From: Oceanithermus desulfurans
GTDB lineage: Bacteria > Deinococcota > Deinococci > Deinococcales > Marinithermaceae
Assembly: GCF_014201675.1 (NCBI RefSeq)
Contig: NZ_JACHEZ010000010.1
Location: 14,640 to 78,639, forward strand
Length of the DNA stretch: 64,000 nt
Direction of reading: 5' to 3'
Shown here: positions 53,995-64,000 of the stretch, in pieces
Numbering within the stretch: the stretch's first letter is position 1
Layout of the letters: every line of letters starts with the position of its first letter
The notes under the pieces: generated by a model
What the model was told of the DNA's origin: nothing
What the model saw: the letters and a program-made list of their open reading frames with translations, nothing else
The model's database searches: none
Made by a program: the position numbers and the translations under genes

Positions 53995-54501
53995 ATGCGT
54001 CGCTGGTTCGCGCTCCTGTTCCTGCTCGCAGCCGCTCAGGCCCAGACCCACGTCTTCCACACCCCCCTGCCCATGGACCGGGTGCAGGGTGTCTTCGCCA
54101 TGCAGGGGGCGGGCACGGTCGACTTCGGCCTCGACCCCGCCGCCCGCGCCGGCGGCTTCCTGGACCTCTGGACCTACCGCGGACGCTTCGCGATGAGCGC
54201 GGTTTCGCTGTCGAGCCCCGTTCCGGCCGCGGGCCTGTGCTACACCGCGGCCCTCGACTACCTGGGCTGGGCCCTGGTTCGCGAGACCACCTTCCGCATC
54301 CGCTACGGCGCCGGAGGCGGGGCCCAGCTCTGCCGCCTGCGCGACGTCCACGGGGCGGAGCTCCGCCGCCTTTGGCCGCTGGTCGAGGGGGTGGCGAGCC
54401 TGCAGTACCGGATCTTCCCCAACGTAGTGGGCGACGTCAGCCTGAGCGCAGGCTGGCCCGAAGGGTTGGGGGCGGCGGTGGCCTTCGGCTTCGCCTTCTG
54501 A
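53995..54501 (+). CDS. Secreted hypothetical protein (possible small beta-barrel)
   Basis: Signal peptide 'MRRWFALLFLLAAAQA'. Alternating hydrophobic pattern with a C-terminal 'FGFAF'. Confidence 0.45.
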   Translation: MRRWFALLFLLAAAQAQTHVFHTPLPMDRVQGVFAMQGAGTVDFGLDPAARAGGFLDLWTYRGRFAMSAVSLSSPVPAAGLCYTAALDYLGWALVRETTFRIRYGAGGGAQLCRLRDVHGAELRRLWPLVEGVASLQYRIFPNVVGDVSLSAGWPEGLGAAVAFGFAF

Positions 54502-54613
54502 GTGGACGAGTTCCCGACAATTGGGCTTTTCATTGCTAAAGAATTGCGTGGCTCACTGCGTCCTCATGTCGACGGAAACGCGCCCGGGTGGTATAATGAA
54601 ACGAGCGAGGTAG

Positions 54614-56557
<1,944 letters not shown>

Positions 56558-56670
56558 CCTGAGCGCGCGGCACCCAGTTCGCGGTGCGTGGTACGGGCGG
56601 GCCTTGGCCCGCCCGAAACCTTTCGCGCCAGTCTTGCGAAACCAAGAGCACGCGCCCGGCCTGATTTACA

Positions 56671-58242
56671 ATGGGGGCCAAAGCAGTCGCGAAAGGACGG
56701 TGTTCCGTGGAAGGTCGCCCTTTATTGCTGCCCCTGCTCGACGAGGCCCTGAAGCGCCGGGGCTGGCTCGAGCCCGCGGACGTCGAGGCCGCCGCCCGTG
56801 AGGCGCGCGTGCCCCTGGCCCAGGCGTGGGAAGCGGTGCGCTTCTACCCCCGCTACCGCACCCAACCCCCCGAGAAGCGGCTCCTGCTGGTGGACGACCC
56901 GGTGGTCCGCGCCCGCGACTTCGCCCGGCTCTGGGCCGAACTGGAGGACGCCGCCCCGCGCGCGGAGGCGCGCGCCGGCACGGTCTACAGCCAGGGGCTG
57001 GAGGCCGTGGGGCCGGCGCTGGTGATCGAAGAGGGAGCCCGCTGGCGCGTCTTCGCCCCGGTGCAGGTCGCCGACCTACGGGCGCTGGCCGTGGGCAAGC
57101 TGCCCCCGAACGAGCTGGAAACCCTGCCCGCCGAGCTGGCCCGGAATGACGGCGTTCTCTTCGAGGCGCCGGACCCGCTCCCCGAGTTTCCCGGGGCCGA
57201 CGCCCTCATCGCCGCCGTGCGCGACGCGGGCCTCAGGGGGCTGGGCGGCGCGCTCTTCCCCACCTGGCGCAAGCTCGAGGCCGTGCGCAGTGCGGCCGGC
57301 GCAAAGTACGTGGTCGTGAACGGCGACGAGTCCGAGCCCGGCAACTTCAAGGACCGCTGGCTGATGGAGCACAACCCCCGCCTGGTCTGGGCGGGGGCGG
57401 CGCTGGCCGCGCGCGCGGTGGGCGCGCGCACGGTCTACTTCTACGTGCGCGGCGAATACCCCGCCGCGCTCGAGCGCGTGGAGGCGGCGCGGACGGCGCT
57501 GGAGGGCGAGGGCTACTTCGAGGGCCTCGCGACGCACACCTTCCGCGGCGGCGGCCTCTACGTCTGCGGCGAGGAGAGCGCTTTGCTCGAGAGCCTCGAG
57601 GGGCGCCGCGCCGAGCCGCGGCTCAAGCCGCCCTACCCGGCCGAGTCGGGCCTGTTCGGCCGGCCCACGCTGGTCAATAACGTGGAGACGCTGGCGCACC
57701 TGGCCTGGATCGCCGCCCACGGCGCAGAGGCCTACCGCGAGCGGCGGCCCAAGCTGTTTTCGATCTCGGGCGACGTGGACCGGCCCGGGGTCTACGAGCT
57801 GGCGCTCGGTACCCCGCTGGCGGAGGCCCTGGAGGCGGCCGGCGGCCGCCCGGACGAGCTGCAGGCGGTGCTGATGGGCGGGGCCGCGGGCACCTTCCTC
57901 AGGCTGCCCGACGCCGCCGAGCTGCCGCTCGACTTCGAAGCCCCGAAGCTCTCGGGCGACGCGGTGGGGCCGGGGGCGCTCGTGGCCTTCGGCGCCGACC
58001 GCGACCTCTGGGCGGTGGCCGAGGGCATCGCCGCCTTCTTCGCCCACGAGTCGTGCGGCAAATGCTTTCCCTGCAGCCTGGGCACCCCCCACCTGCACGC
58101 GGCCGTGGCCCGGCGCGAGCGGGGTCCGCAGCTGGAAGAGCTCTTTTTGGCGCTCGAGCAGGGCAGCCTCTGCGGGCTGGGGCAGGCCGCCCCCTGGGCG
58201 GTCCGCAGCCTGATCCGGCGTTTCGGGGGGGTGAGGACGTGA
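56671..58242 (+). CDS. fdsB: NAD-dependent formate dehydrogenase beta subunit-like protein: NuoF-like FMN/4Fe-4S domain with a NuoE-like N-terminal domain lacking the 2Fe-2S cysteines
   Basis: 'GGALFPTWRKLE', 'VVVNGDESEPGNFKDR', 'ESCGKCFPCSLGT' (NuoF 4Fe-4S). The N-terminal 150 aa are thioredoxin-like but have only one Cys. Confidence 0.75.
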   Translation: MGAKAVAKGRCSVEGRPLLLPLLDEALKRRGWLEPADVEAAAREARVPLAQAWEAVRFYPRYRTQPPEKRLLLVDDPVVRARDFARLWAELEDAAPRAEARAGTVYSQGLEAVGPALVIEEGARWRVFAPVQVADLRALAVGKLPPNELETLPAELARNDGVLFEAPDPLPEFPGADALIAAVRDAGLRGLGGALFPTWRKLEAVRSAAGAKYVVVNGDESEPGNFKDRWLMEHNPRLVWAGAALAARAVGARTVYFYVRGEYPAALERVEAARTALEGEGYFEGLATHTFRGGGLYVCGEESALLESLEGRRAEPRLKPPYPAESGLFGRPTLVNNVETLAHLAWIAAHGAEAYRERRPKLFSISGDVDRPGVYELALGTPLAEALEAAGGRPDELQAVLMGGAAGTFLRLPDAAELPLDFEAPKLSGDAVGPGALVAFGADRDLWAVAEGIAAFFAHESCGKCFPCSLGTPHLHAAVARRERGPQLEELFLALEQGSLCGLGQAAPWAVRSLIRRFGGVRT

Positions 58243-58892
58243 GCAAGGTACCGCTCGTCATCGACGGCTACCTGGTCCAGGCCGAGCCCGGCGAGACGCT
58301 GCTCGACGCTGCGCGCCGCGCCGGGGTGGAGGTGCCCACGCTCTGCCACCACGAGCAGAGCGGCACCCGCGGCCTCTGCCGGCTGTGCGTCGTCGAGGTG
58401 GAGGGCTGGGGCCGGCCGGTGCCCGCCTGCGCCACCGAGGTGCAGCCGAACCTGGTGGTGCGCACCGAGACCGCGGCGCTCGCCGACCTGCGGCGGGTGG
58501 TGCTCGAGCTGCTGGCGCACGAGACCGACCTGAGCCTCGACACGGGCACCCAGGCCCTCCTGGAGCGCTACCACGCCCGCCCCGAGCGCTGGGGGGCGCC
58601 GCTGGCCGCGCGGCGCGAACGCGAACCCGTGCAGGACAACCCCTTCTTCGTGCGCGACTACGCCAAGTGCTACACCTGCCGGCGCTGCATCGACGCCTGC
58701 GGCGAGGGCGTCCAGGGCCTCTGGGCCTACGCCACGACCGGCCGCGGCCACGCCGCGGTGCCCGGCACCCCGCTGGACCTGCCGCTGCCCGAGACGCCCT
58801 GCGTCTTCTGCGGCAACTGCGTGCAGGTCTGCCCCACGGGGGCGCTGGTGCCGCTTGCCGAACTGGCCGCAGCCGAAGGAGGAGACGCATGA
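58239..58892 (+). CDS. fdsA: Formate dehydrogenase alpha subunit, N-terminal Fe-S domain (2Fe-2S + 4Fe-4S ferredoxin, NuoG-like), separate ORF
   Basis: GTG start overlapping the fdsB stop. 'CHHEQSGTRGLCRLCVVEV' and 'CYTCRRCIDAC...CVFCGNCVQVCPTGAL'. Confidence 0.7.
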   Translation: MSKVPLVIDGYLVQAEPGETLLDAARRAGVEVPTLCHHEQSGTRGLCRLCVVEVEGWGRPVPACATEVQPNLVVRTETAALADLRRVVLELLAHETDLSLDTGTQALLERYHARPERWGAPLAARREREPVQDNPFFVRDYAKCYTCRRCIDACGEGVQGLWAYATTGRGHAAVPGTPLDLPLPETPCVFCGNCVQVCPTGALVPLAELAAAEGGDA

Positions 58893-58913
58893 AACCGCTC
58901 GCGTGCTGGACAC

Positions 58914-58983
58914 GGGAAGTGGGGTGTGGGAAGTGGGGTGTGGGAAGCCTGTGCCTACCTCCCACCTCCCACCTCCCACCTCC
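58914..58983. repeat. G-rich tandem repeat (GGGAAGTGGGGTGT x2 + GGGAAG) facing a C-rich repeat (CCTCCCA x4) in the 107-nt spacer that splits fdsA
   Basis: Read directly. The two halves are partially complementary (hairpin or G4/i-motif potential). The spacer length shifts the frame by +2. Confidence 0.6.
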
Positions 58984-58998
58984 GAGCCGGAGGCACCC

Positions 58999-61119
58999 AT
59001 GATCCCCCTCCGCGTCCAACCCGACCGGGTGGTGCCCACCGTCTGCCCCTACTGCGGGGTCGGCTGCCGGGTGGACCTCTACGTCAAGGACGCGCGCATC
59101 TACCGGGTGATGGCCCGCGAGGAACCCCCGAACCACGGGGCGCTCTGCGTCAAGGGGCGGTTCGGACTGGGTTTCCTGCACCACCCCGACCGCCTGAAGA
59201 CCCCGCTCATCCGCCGCCGCAAGGGGGCCGAGCTCGAGCCCGTCTCCTGGGACGAGGCCCTCGACTTCGCCGCCGCCCGCCTCGCCCGCATCGCCGACGC
59301 GTCGGGCCCCGACGCCCTCTTCTTCGTCTCCAGTGCCAAGGCCAGCAACGAGGAAAACTACCTGATGCAAAAGCTGGCCCGCGCCGCGGTGGGCACCCAC
59401 AACGTCGACCACTGCGCCCGGCTCTGCCACTCCAGCTCCACCGCCGCGCTCTCGCGCTCGCTGGGCTCGGCGGCGATGAGCAACACCCTCGAGGAGATCG
59501 GGCTCTCCGACGTGATCCTCGTCACCGGGTCCAACACCACCGAGACCCACCCGGTGGTGGGCGCGATGATCAAGAAGGCCGCGCGCAACGGTGCCTTCCT
59601 GATCGTCGCCGACCCGCGGCGCATCGGCCTCGCCGAAGCCGCGCATTTGTGGCTGCGGCTCCGCCCCGGCAGCGACGCGGTGCTCTTCGGCGCGATGGCC
59701 CGCTACCTGGTCGAGTCGGGCCGCTTCGACCGCGCCTTCGTGGAACGGCGCACCGAGGGGTTCGACGCCTGGTGGGAAAGCGTCAGGGACTACACCCTCG
59801 AGTTCGCCGAAGGGGTCACCGGCGTGCCCGCGGCGCGCATTCGCGAGGCCGCCGAGCGCTACGCCGGCGCCCGCGCCGCCGCGATCTACTGGGCCATGGG
59901 CATCACCCAGCACAGCCACGGCACCGACAACGCCCAGGCCCTCATCAACCTGGCCCTGATCGCCGGGCAGCTGGGCAAGCCCGGCGCCGGGCTCAACCCG
60001 CTGCGCGGCCAGAACAACGTCCAGGGCGCGGGCGACATGGGGGCCTTGCCCAACGTCTACCCGGGCTACCAACCCGCCGCCGACCGGCAGGTGCAAAAGC
60101 GCTGGAAGGCGCTGTGGCACACCCCCCAGCCCGAGACCCCGGGCCGCACCATGACCGAGGCCTTCGAGTCGATCGGCGCCAAGGACGGGGTGCGCGGGGT
60201 CTACCTGATGGGCGAGGACCCCATCACCTCCGAGCCCTACCAGGATCACGTGCGCGCCGCGCTCGAGAAGCTGGACCTGCTGATCGTGCAGGACATCCTG
60301 AAGAACGAGACCTTCCCCTACGCCGACGTGGTGTTGCCCGCGGCCTCCTTTGCCGAAAAGCAGGGCACTTTCACCAACACCGACCGGCGGGTGCAGCGCA
60401 TCCGGCCCGTCTTCGAGCCGCCGGGCGAGGCGCGCCCGGACTGGTGGATCACCGCCCAGCTGGGGCGGCGGCTCGCCGCGCGGACGGGCCGGGGCTGGAC
60501 CGAGGGCTGGAACTACGCCGGCCCCGAGGCGGTGTGGGAGGAGATCCGGCTGGCGCTGCCACGGATGTTCGGCGGCATCGACTACGCCCGGCTCGAGCGC
60601 GAACCCCTGCGCTGGCCCTGCCCCCACGAGCGCTCGCCGGGCGTGAGCGTGCTCTTCACCGACCGCTTCTACACGCCAAGCGGCAAGGCGCGGCTGCTGC
60701 CCGCCGTTTGGCGGCCGCCGGCCGAACGGCCGGGCGGCGACTACCCGCTCGTCCTCTCCACCGGCCGCGTCCTCTACCACTGGCACGGCGGCACCCTGAG
60801 CCGCCGTAGCGACCTGGAGCGGGCCTACCCGAAGATGAAGGTGGAGGTCCACCCCGCCGACGCCGAACGCTACGGAATCTCCGACGGCGAGCCGGTCTGG
60901 GTGGTGAGCCGCCGCGGCCGCATCCAGGCGACCGCCTGGGTCACCGACCGCACCCCCGAGGGCGTCGTCTTCGCCCCCTTCCACTTCGCCGAGCAGCCCG
61001 CCAACCGGCTCACCCTCGACGCCTACGACCCCACCTCGAAGATCCCCGAGTACAAGTTCGCGGCGGTCCGGCTCGAGCCCGCGGGACACGAGGCCCCGAA
61101 GCCCGCGGGGCCGGGGTAG
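58999..61119 (+). CDS. fdsA: Formate dehydrogenase alpha subunit, molybdopterin (Mo-bisPGD) catalytic domain, Cys-type
   Basis: 'VCPYCGVGC' 4Fe-4S of MopB enzymes, 'RLCHSSSTAALS' Cys-His active-site pair, and C-terminal 'EPVWVVSRRGRI' (molybdopterin dinucleotide-binding); 706 aa. Confidence 0.85.
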   Translation: MIPLRVQPDRVVPTVCPYCGVGCRVDLYVKDARIYRVMAREEPPNHGALCVKGRFGLGFLHHPDRLKTPLIRRRKGAELEPVSWDEALDFAAARLARIADASGPDALFFVSSAKASNEENYLMQKLARAAVGTHNVDHCARLCHSSSTAALSRSLGSAAMSNTLEEIGLSDVILVTGSNTTETHPVVGAMIKKAARNGAFLIVADPRRIGLAEAAHLWLRLRPGSDAVLFGAMARYLVESGRFDRAFVERRTEGFDAWWESVRDYTLEFAEGVTGVPAARIREAAERYAGARAAAIYWAMGITQHSHGTDNAQALINLALIAGQLGKPGAGLNPLRGQNNVQGAGDMGALPNVYPGYQPAADRQVQKRWKALWHTPQPETPGRTMTEAFESIGAKDGVRGVYLMGEDPITSEPYQDHVRAALEKLDLLIVQDILKNETFPYADVVLPAASFAEKQGTFTNTDRRVQRIRPVFEPPGEARPDWWITAQLGRRLAARTGRGWTEGWNYAGPEAVWEEIRLALPRMFGGIDYARLEREPLRWPCPHERSPGVSVLFTDRFYTPSGKARLLPAVWRPPAERPGGDYPLVLSTGRVLYHWHGGTLSRRSDLERAYPKMKVEVHPADAERYGISDGEPVWVVSRRGRIQATAWVTDRTPEGVVFAPFHFAEQPANRLTLDAYDPTSKIPEYKFAAVRLEPAGHEAPKPAGPG

Positions 61120-61134
61120 TAGAATGCGGAGCGT

Positions 61135-61947
61135 ATGTTAGCCATCGACCTATCGGGCAAGAAGGCGCTGGTCATGGGCGTGGCCAACGAACGCTCCATC
61201 GCCTTCGCCACCGCCCAAAAACTCCACGAGGCCGGCGCTGAGCTGGCCATCACCTATCAAGGCGACCGCGTGCGCCCTCTGGTGGAAAAGGCCACGCGGC
61301 ACATGCCCAACATTCGCCTCTACGAACTCGACGTGACCGACGAGGCCCGCCTGAAGGAGGTCATGGCCGACCTGGGCGAGAGCTGGGGCGGCATCGACTA
61401 CATCGTCCACTCCATCGCCTTCGCGCCCCGCCGCGCCATGGAGGGCCGCTACATCGAGACGACCAAGGAAGACTGGCTGCTGGCCATGGAGATCTCCGCC
61501 TACAGCCTGGTGGCGGTCGCCCGCGAGGCCGAGCCCTACTGGAACGAGGGCGGCAGCATGGTCACCTTCAGCTACTACGCCGCCGAGAAGGTGGTGCCCA
61601 AGTACAACGTCATGGGCATCGCCAAGAGCGCGCTCGAGGCCAGCGTGCGCATGCTCGCCTACGAGCTGGGCCCGGGGGGGCGGCGGGTCAACGCCGTCTC
61701 CGCGGGGGCGCTGCGCACCCTTTCGGCGCGCGGCATCCCCGGGTTCACCCTGCTGTGGGACCACGTCAACGCCGTCGCGCCGCTTAAGCGCCCCGTAACC
61801 CACGAGGAGGTGGCCCAGGCGAGCGTCTTCCTGCTCAGCCCGCTGGCCAGCGGTGTCACCGGCGAGACGCTCTACGTGGACGCCGGGTACCACATCGTGG
61901 GCATCGGCCTCGCCGACGAGCACGTCCCCGGCAACCGCAAGGACTGA
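61135..61947 (+). CDS. fabI: Enoyl-[acyl-carrier-protein] reductase (NADH)
   Basis: 'KALVMGVANERSIAFA', 'SYYAAEKVVPKYNVMGIAKSALEASVRMLA' (FabI Y-x6-K), 'GIDYIVHSIAF'. Confidence 0.92.
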   Translation: MLAIDLSGKKALVMGVANERSIAFATAQKLHEAGAELAITYQGDRVRPLVEKATRHMPNIRLYELDVTDEARLKEVMADLGESWGGIDYIVHSIAFAPRRAMEGRYIETTKEDWLLAMEISAYSLVAVAREAEPYWNEGGSMVTFSYYAAEKVVPKYNVMGIAKSALEASVRMLAYELGPGGRRVNAVSAGALRTLSARGIPGFTLLWDHVNAVAPLKRPVTHEEVAQASVFLLSPLASGVTGETLYVDAGYHIVGIGLADEHVPGNRKD

Positions 61948-61957
61948 CCGGGCTTCC

Positions 61958-62001
61958 CCGGCGCGCGGGCCCGCGGGCCCGCGGGCCCGCGCGTTTTTTT
62001 C
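61958..62001 (+). terminator. Rho-independent terminator: GC hairpin (GCGCGCGGGCCCGCGGGCCCGCGGGCCCGCGCG) + TTTTTTT after fabI
   Basis: Strong palindromic GC stem followed by a 7-T run. Confidence 0.8.
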
Positions 62002-62018
62002 GACGGTAAACTAGAGCC

Positions 62019-63245
62019 ATGCGCACCTCCCTGACCGTCGAAGAAGCGCTGGCTACGGTACTGGAACACACCCGTCCGCTCCCGGACGTCGAAGAGGTAC
62101 CCCTCGAAGCGGCCCTCGGCCGCGTGCTCGCTCGCGACCTCGAAGCCCTGGCCGACCACCCCGACGTCGACAACACCGCCGTGGACGGCTACGCCGCCCG
62201 CGCCGCCGACACCGCGGGCGCCAGCCCCGAAAACCCGGTGCGCCTGCGCTGGATCGGCGAGTCGCCCGCGGGGCGGCCCTTCCAGGGCCGGCTGGGCCCC
62301 GGCGAGGCCGTGAGCGTCTACACCGGTGCGTCCCTGCCCGAGGGCGCCGACGCGGTGGTGGCCGTCGAGGACACCGAGCGCGACGGCGAGTACGTGCTGC
62401 TGTACAAGCCCGCCAGCCCCAAGGACATCCGCCCGAAGGCCCAGGACCTGCAGCAGGGCCGGGTCTACCTGAAGCGCGGCGACCGGCTCACCCCGGGCCG
62501 CGTGGGGCTGGCCGCGGGGATGGGCCACCGCACCCTGCCGGTGGTGCGCCGTCCGCGCGTCGGCGTGCTCTCGACCGGCGACGAGGTCGTCGAACCCGGC
62601 ACGCCGCTCCCTCCCGGCGGGGTCTACAACTCCAACGCCTACTCGGTGGCCGCGCTGGTGCGCGAGGCCGGCGGCGAACCGGTCCTGCTGGGCAAGGCCG
62701 GCGACCGGGTGGAGGCCGTCAGGGAACAGCTCGCCGCGGCGGGCGACCTGGACCTCGTCCTCACCACCGGCGGCGTCAGCATGGGCGACTACGACATCGT
62801 CCGCCACCTGCTCGAGCGCGAGGGGAAGATCCACTTCTGGAAGATCCTGCAGCGGCCCGGCGGCCCCCCCATCTTCGCCGAGTTCCTGGGCCGCCCCTTC
62901 TTCGGCCTGCCGGGCAACCCGGTGAGCGCGATGGTCACCTTCTTCCTCTACGGCCGGCCCATGCTCTTCAAGATGCTGGGGCGCAGCGACCCGCCCTACC
63001 GCAGGGTGCGGGCGCTGGCCGAGGACTTCTTCAAGGGCGCCGGCAAGAAGACGGCCTTCCGCCGCGCGGTGCTGCGCTACGACCCCGAAGCCCCGGGCGG
63101 TCACCGCGCCGCCAGCGTGGACAGCCAGTCTTCGGGGGTGCTGCGCAGCATGGCCTTCGGCAACGCGCTGGTCGTCGTCCCGCCCCACACCCACGTCGAG
63201 GCGGGCGAGGTGGTGGAGGTCATCCCCTTCGGGGAGGTCGTTTAG
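62019..63245 (+). CDS. moeA: Molybdopterin molybdotransferase
   Basis: 'VDGYAARAADTAGAS', 'LSTGDEVVEPGTPLPPGGVYNSN', 'LVLTTGGVSMGDYD'; 408 aa. Functionally linked to the Mo-dependent fdsA upstream. Confidence 0.9.
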   Translation: MRTSLTVEEALATVLEHTRPLPDVEEVPLEAALGRVLARDLEALADHPDVDNTAVDGYAARAADTAGASPENPVRLRWIGESPAGRPFQGRLGPGEAVSVYTGASLPEGADAVVAVEDTERDGEYVLLYKPASPKDIRPKAQDLQQGRVYLKRGDRLTPGRVGLAAGMGHRTLPVVRRPRVGVLSTGDEVVEPGTPLPPGGVYNSNAYSVAALVREAGGEPVLLGKAGDRVEAVREQLAAAGDLDLVLTTGGVSMGDYDIVRHLLEREGKIHFWKILQRPGGPPIFAEFLGRPFFGLPGNPVSAMVTFFLYGRPMLFKMLGRSDPPYRRVRALAEDFFKGAGKKTAFRRAVLRYDPEAPGGHRAASVDSQSSGVLRSMAFGNALVVVPPHTHVEAGEVVEVIPFGEVV

Positions 63246-63255
63246 CCCAGCGTCG

Positions 63256-63977
63256 CTACCCGTCCTTCCGGGCGAGCGGCCACCCGGCCCCGAGGCCCCG
63301 GATCCAGTCCGGGGCAGATTCGGAATCTTGACGTGCCACGAAATCCGTCCTTCCGGACGAGGGGGCCACGCGGCCCCCGAGATCCAGAATCTTAAAGTGC
63401 GCCGCTAAGGGACCGGTGACTCGCAATGCGGACGGTGACGACAGCCCGTCGGTTCCTTCGTAACCCGCAGCCACGACAAGATCCCCGATCCCGGCGCTTT
63501 GCGCCTCGTCGGGGATGACGAAATAAGGGGCTAGGGGATGTAAGGGGTGGGGTGTAGGGGACGAATAAGGCGGAGGAAACCAAGGAGGCGCGCAAGCACC
63601 GGGTCTTCGCGGCTTTGGGACGGCGAAGAAAAGGCTGGCGGGCTTGCAGCCGCTGCCTGTTGGCCCTGCCGCTCTTCTCTCCAGCTCCTGTACGCTTGCC
63701 GCCCACCATCTACCAAATACTACGTACCTCGTACCACGTACCGCCGTCATCCGTCATTCCGGGCGAGCCGACCCCTGGGTTGGCGAGACCCGGAATCTAA
63801 ATAGTTGCGGATGCGATGTCGGTCACTTGATGAATGGAAGGTGACGACGGCGCCGGTTCGTTTTGGCGTACGTAGCCACGACAAGATCCCCGATCTCGAC
63901 GCTTCGCGCCGCGTCGGGGATGACGAACAATAGGGCGGGTGGTCGGTCACGGCATGGACCCCGGCTCGCGGGCGCAA
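63256..63977. repeat. Repeat-rich non-coding region: two about 95-bp 'B' repeats (63436-63531, 63841-63940; GTGACGACRGC..AGCCACGACAAGATCCCCGATC..CGTCGGGGATGACGAA) and three degenerate 'A' repeats (63261, 63347, 63752; CGTCmTTCCGGGCGAG..GGCC..CGGAATCT)
   Basis: Direct comparison of the sequence; each B unit contains a conserved 8-bp-stem hairpin ATCCCCGA...TCGGGGAT. The only ORFs present are short high-GC artefacts. Confidence 0.6.
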
Positions 63978-64000
63978 GGCGCCCTTGGCCGGGGAATCGT

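Noticed and set aside
58890-59001. Selenocysteine (TGA read-through + SECIS) explanation for the fdsA split
   Set aside because: The downstream catalytic domain is in a different reading frame from the TGA. The enzyme carries the Cys-His active-site pair (RLCHSS), i.e. it is a Cys-type FDH, and no SECIS-like stem follows the TGA.
63256-63977. Possible CRISPR array or protein-coding genes (ORFs 63256..63750, 63392..63709 etc.) in the terminal repeat region
   Set aside because: Repeats are imperfect and of unequal length with irregular spacing. The ORFs are short overlapping multi-frame artefacts with no start context.

Overview
This 64-kb window is a high-GC (about 68%) bacterial chromosomal segment with roughly 60 protein-coding genes, no rRNA or tRNA genes, and no CRISPR array. 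Gene content (MutS2, an MqnB-like futalosine nucleosidase, Thermus-like GyrB and IF3, many lipoproteins) suggests a Deinococcus-Thermus/Thermales-like organism, but that is a low-confidence guess. The housekeeping backbone includes rlmN, mutS2, ald with a divergent Lrp regulator, ppk2, cysE, an infC / rpmI-rplT cluster, feoABC, truB, trpE-trpG-trpD with a Trp-codon leader peptide and attenuator, gyrB, a NAD-dependent formate dehydrogenase cluster (fdsB and a split fdsA) with moeA, and fabI. Accessory content sits on top of this backbone. (1) A roughly 2.1-kb AT-rich (about 38% GC) island carries a two-gene module: an HD-domain dGTPase/SAMHD1-like dNTP triphosphohydrolase overlapping a Panacea (DUF4065) domain protein. 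This is the best candidate for an undescribed toxin-antitoxin-like defence system. (2) A roughly 2.6-kb low-GC insertion (an orphan 379-aa protein plus an IS481-family IS) is bracketed by a 21-29 bp direct repeat that duplicates the 3' end of a glutamine-synthetase-family gene. That gene is itself flanked by two VapBC pairs. (3) Three tandem paralogous Ig-like lipoprotein genes carry conserved 11-bp-phased TGTGACGG direct repeats in their promoters, which are shared with divergent ppk2. (4) A PlsY fused to an acyl-ACP-reductase-like domain. (5) A family of palindromic REP/MITE-like repeats, one pair of which flanks a four-helix-bundle (IVS/Avd-like) gene embedded inside the trp operon. (6) An Arc-like RHH / PH-domain / CPBP protease operon. 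(7) A repeat-rich non-coding tail after moeA. Many long ORFs in the six-frame track are antisense high-GC artefacts and were ignored. ORF coordinates follow the track. Coordinates of non-ORF features are approximate (+/- 2 nt).
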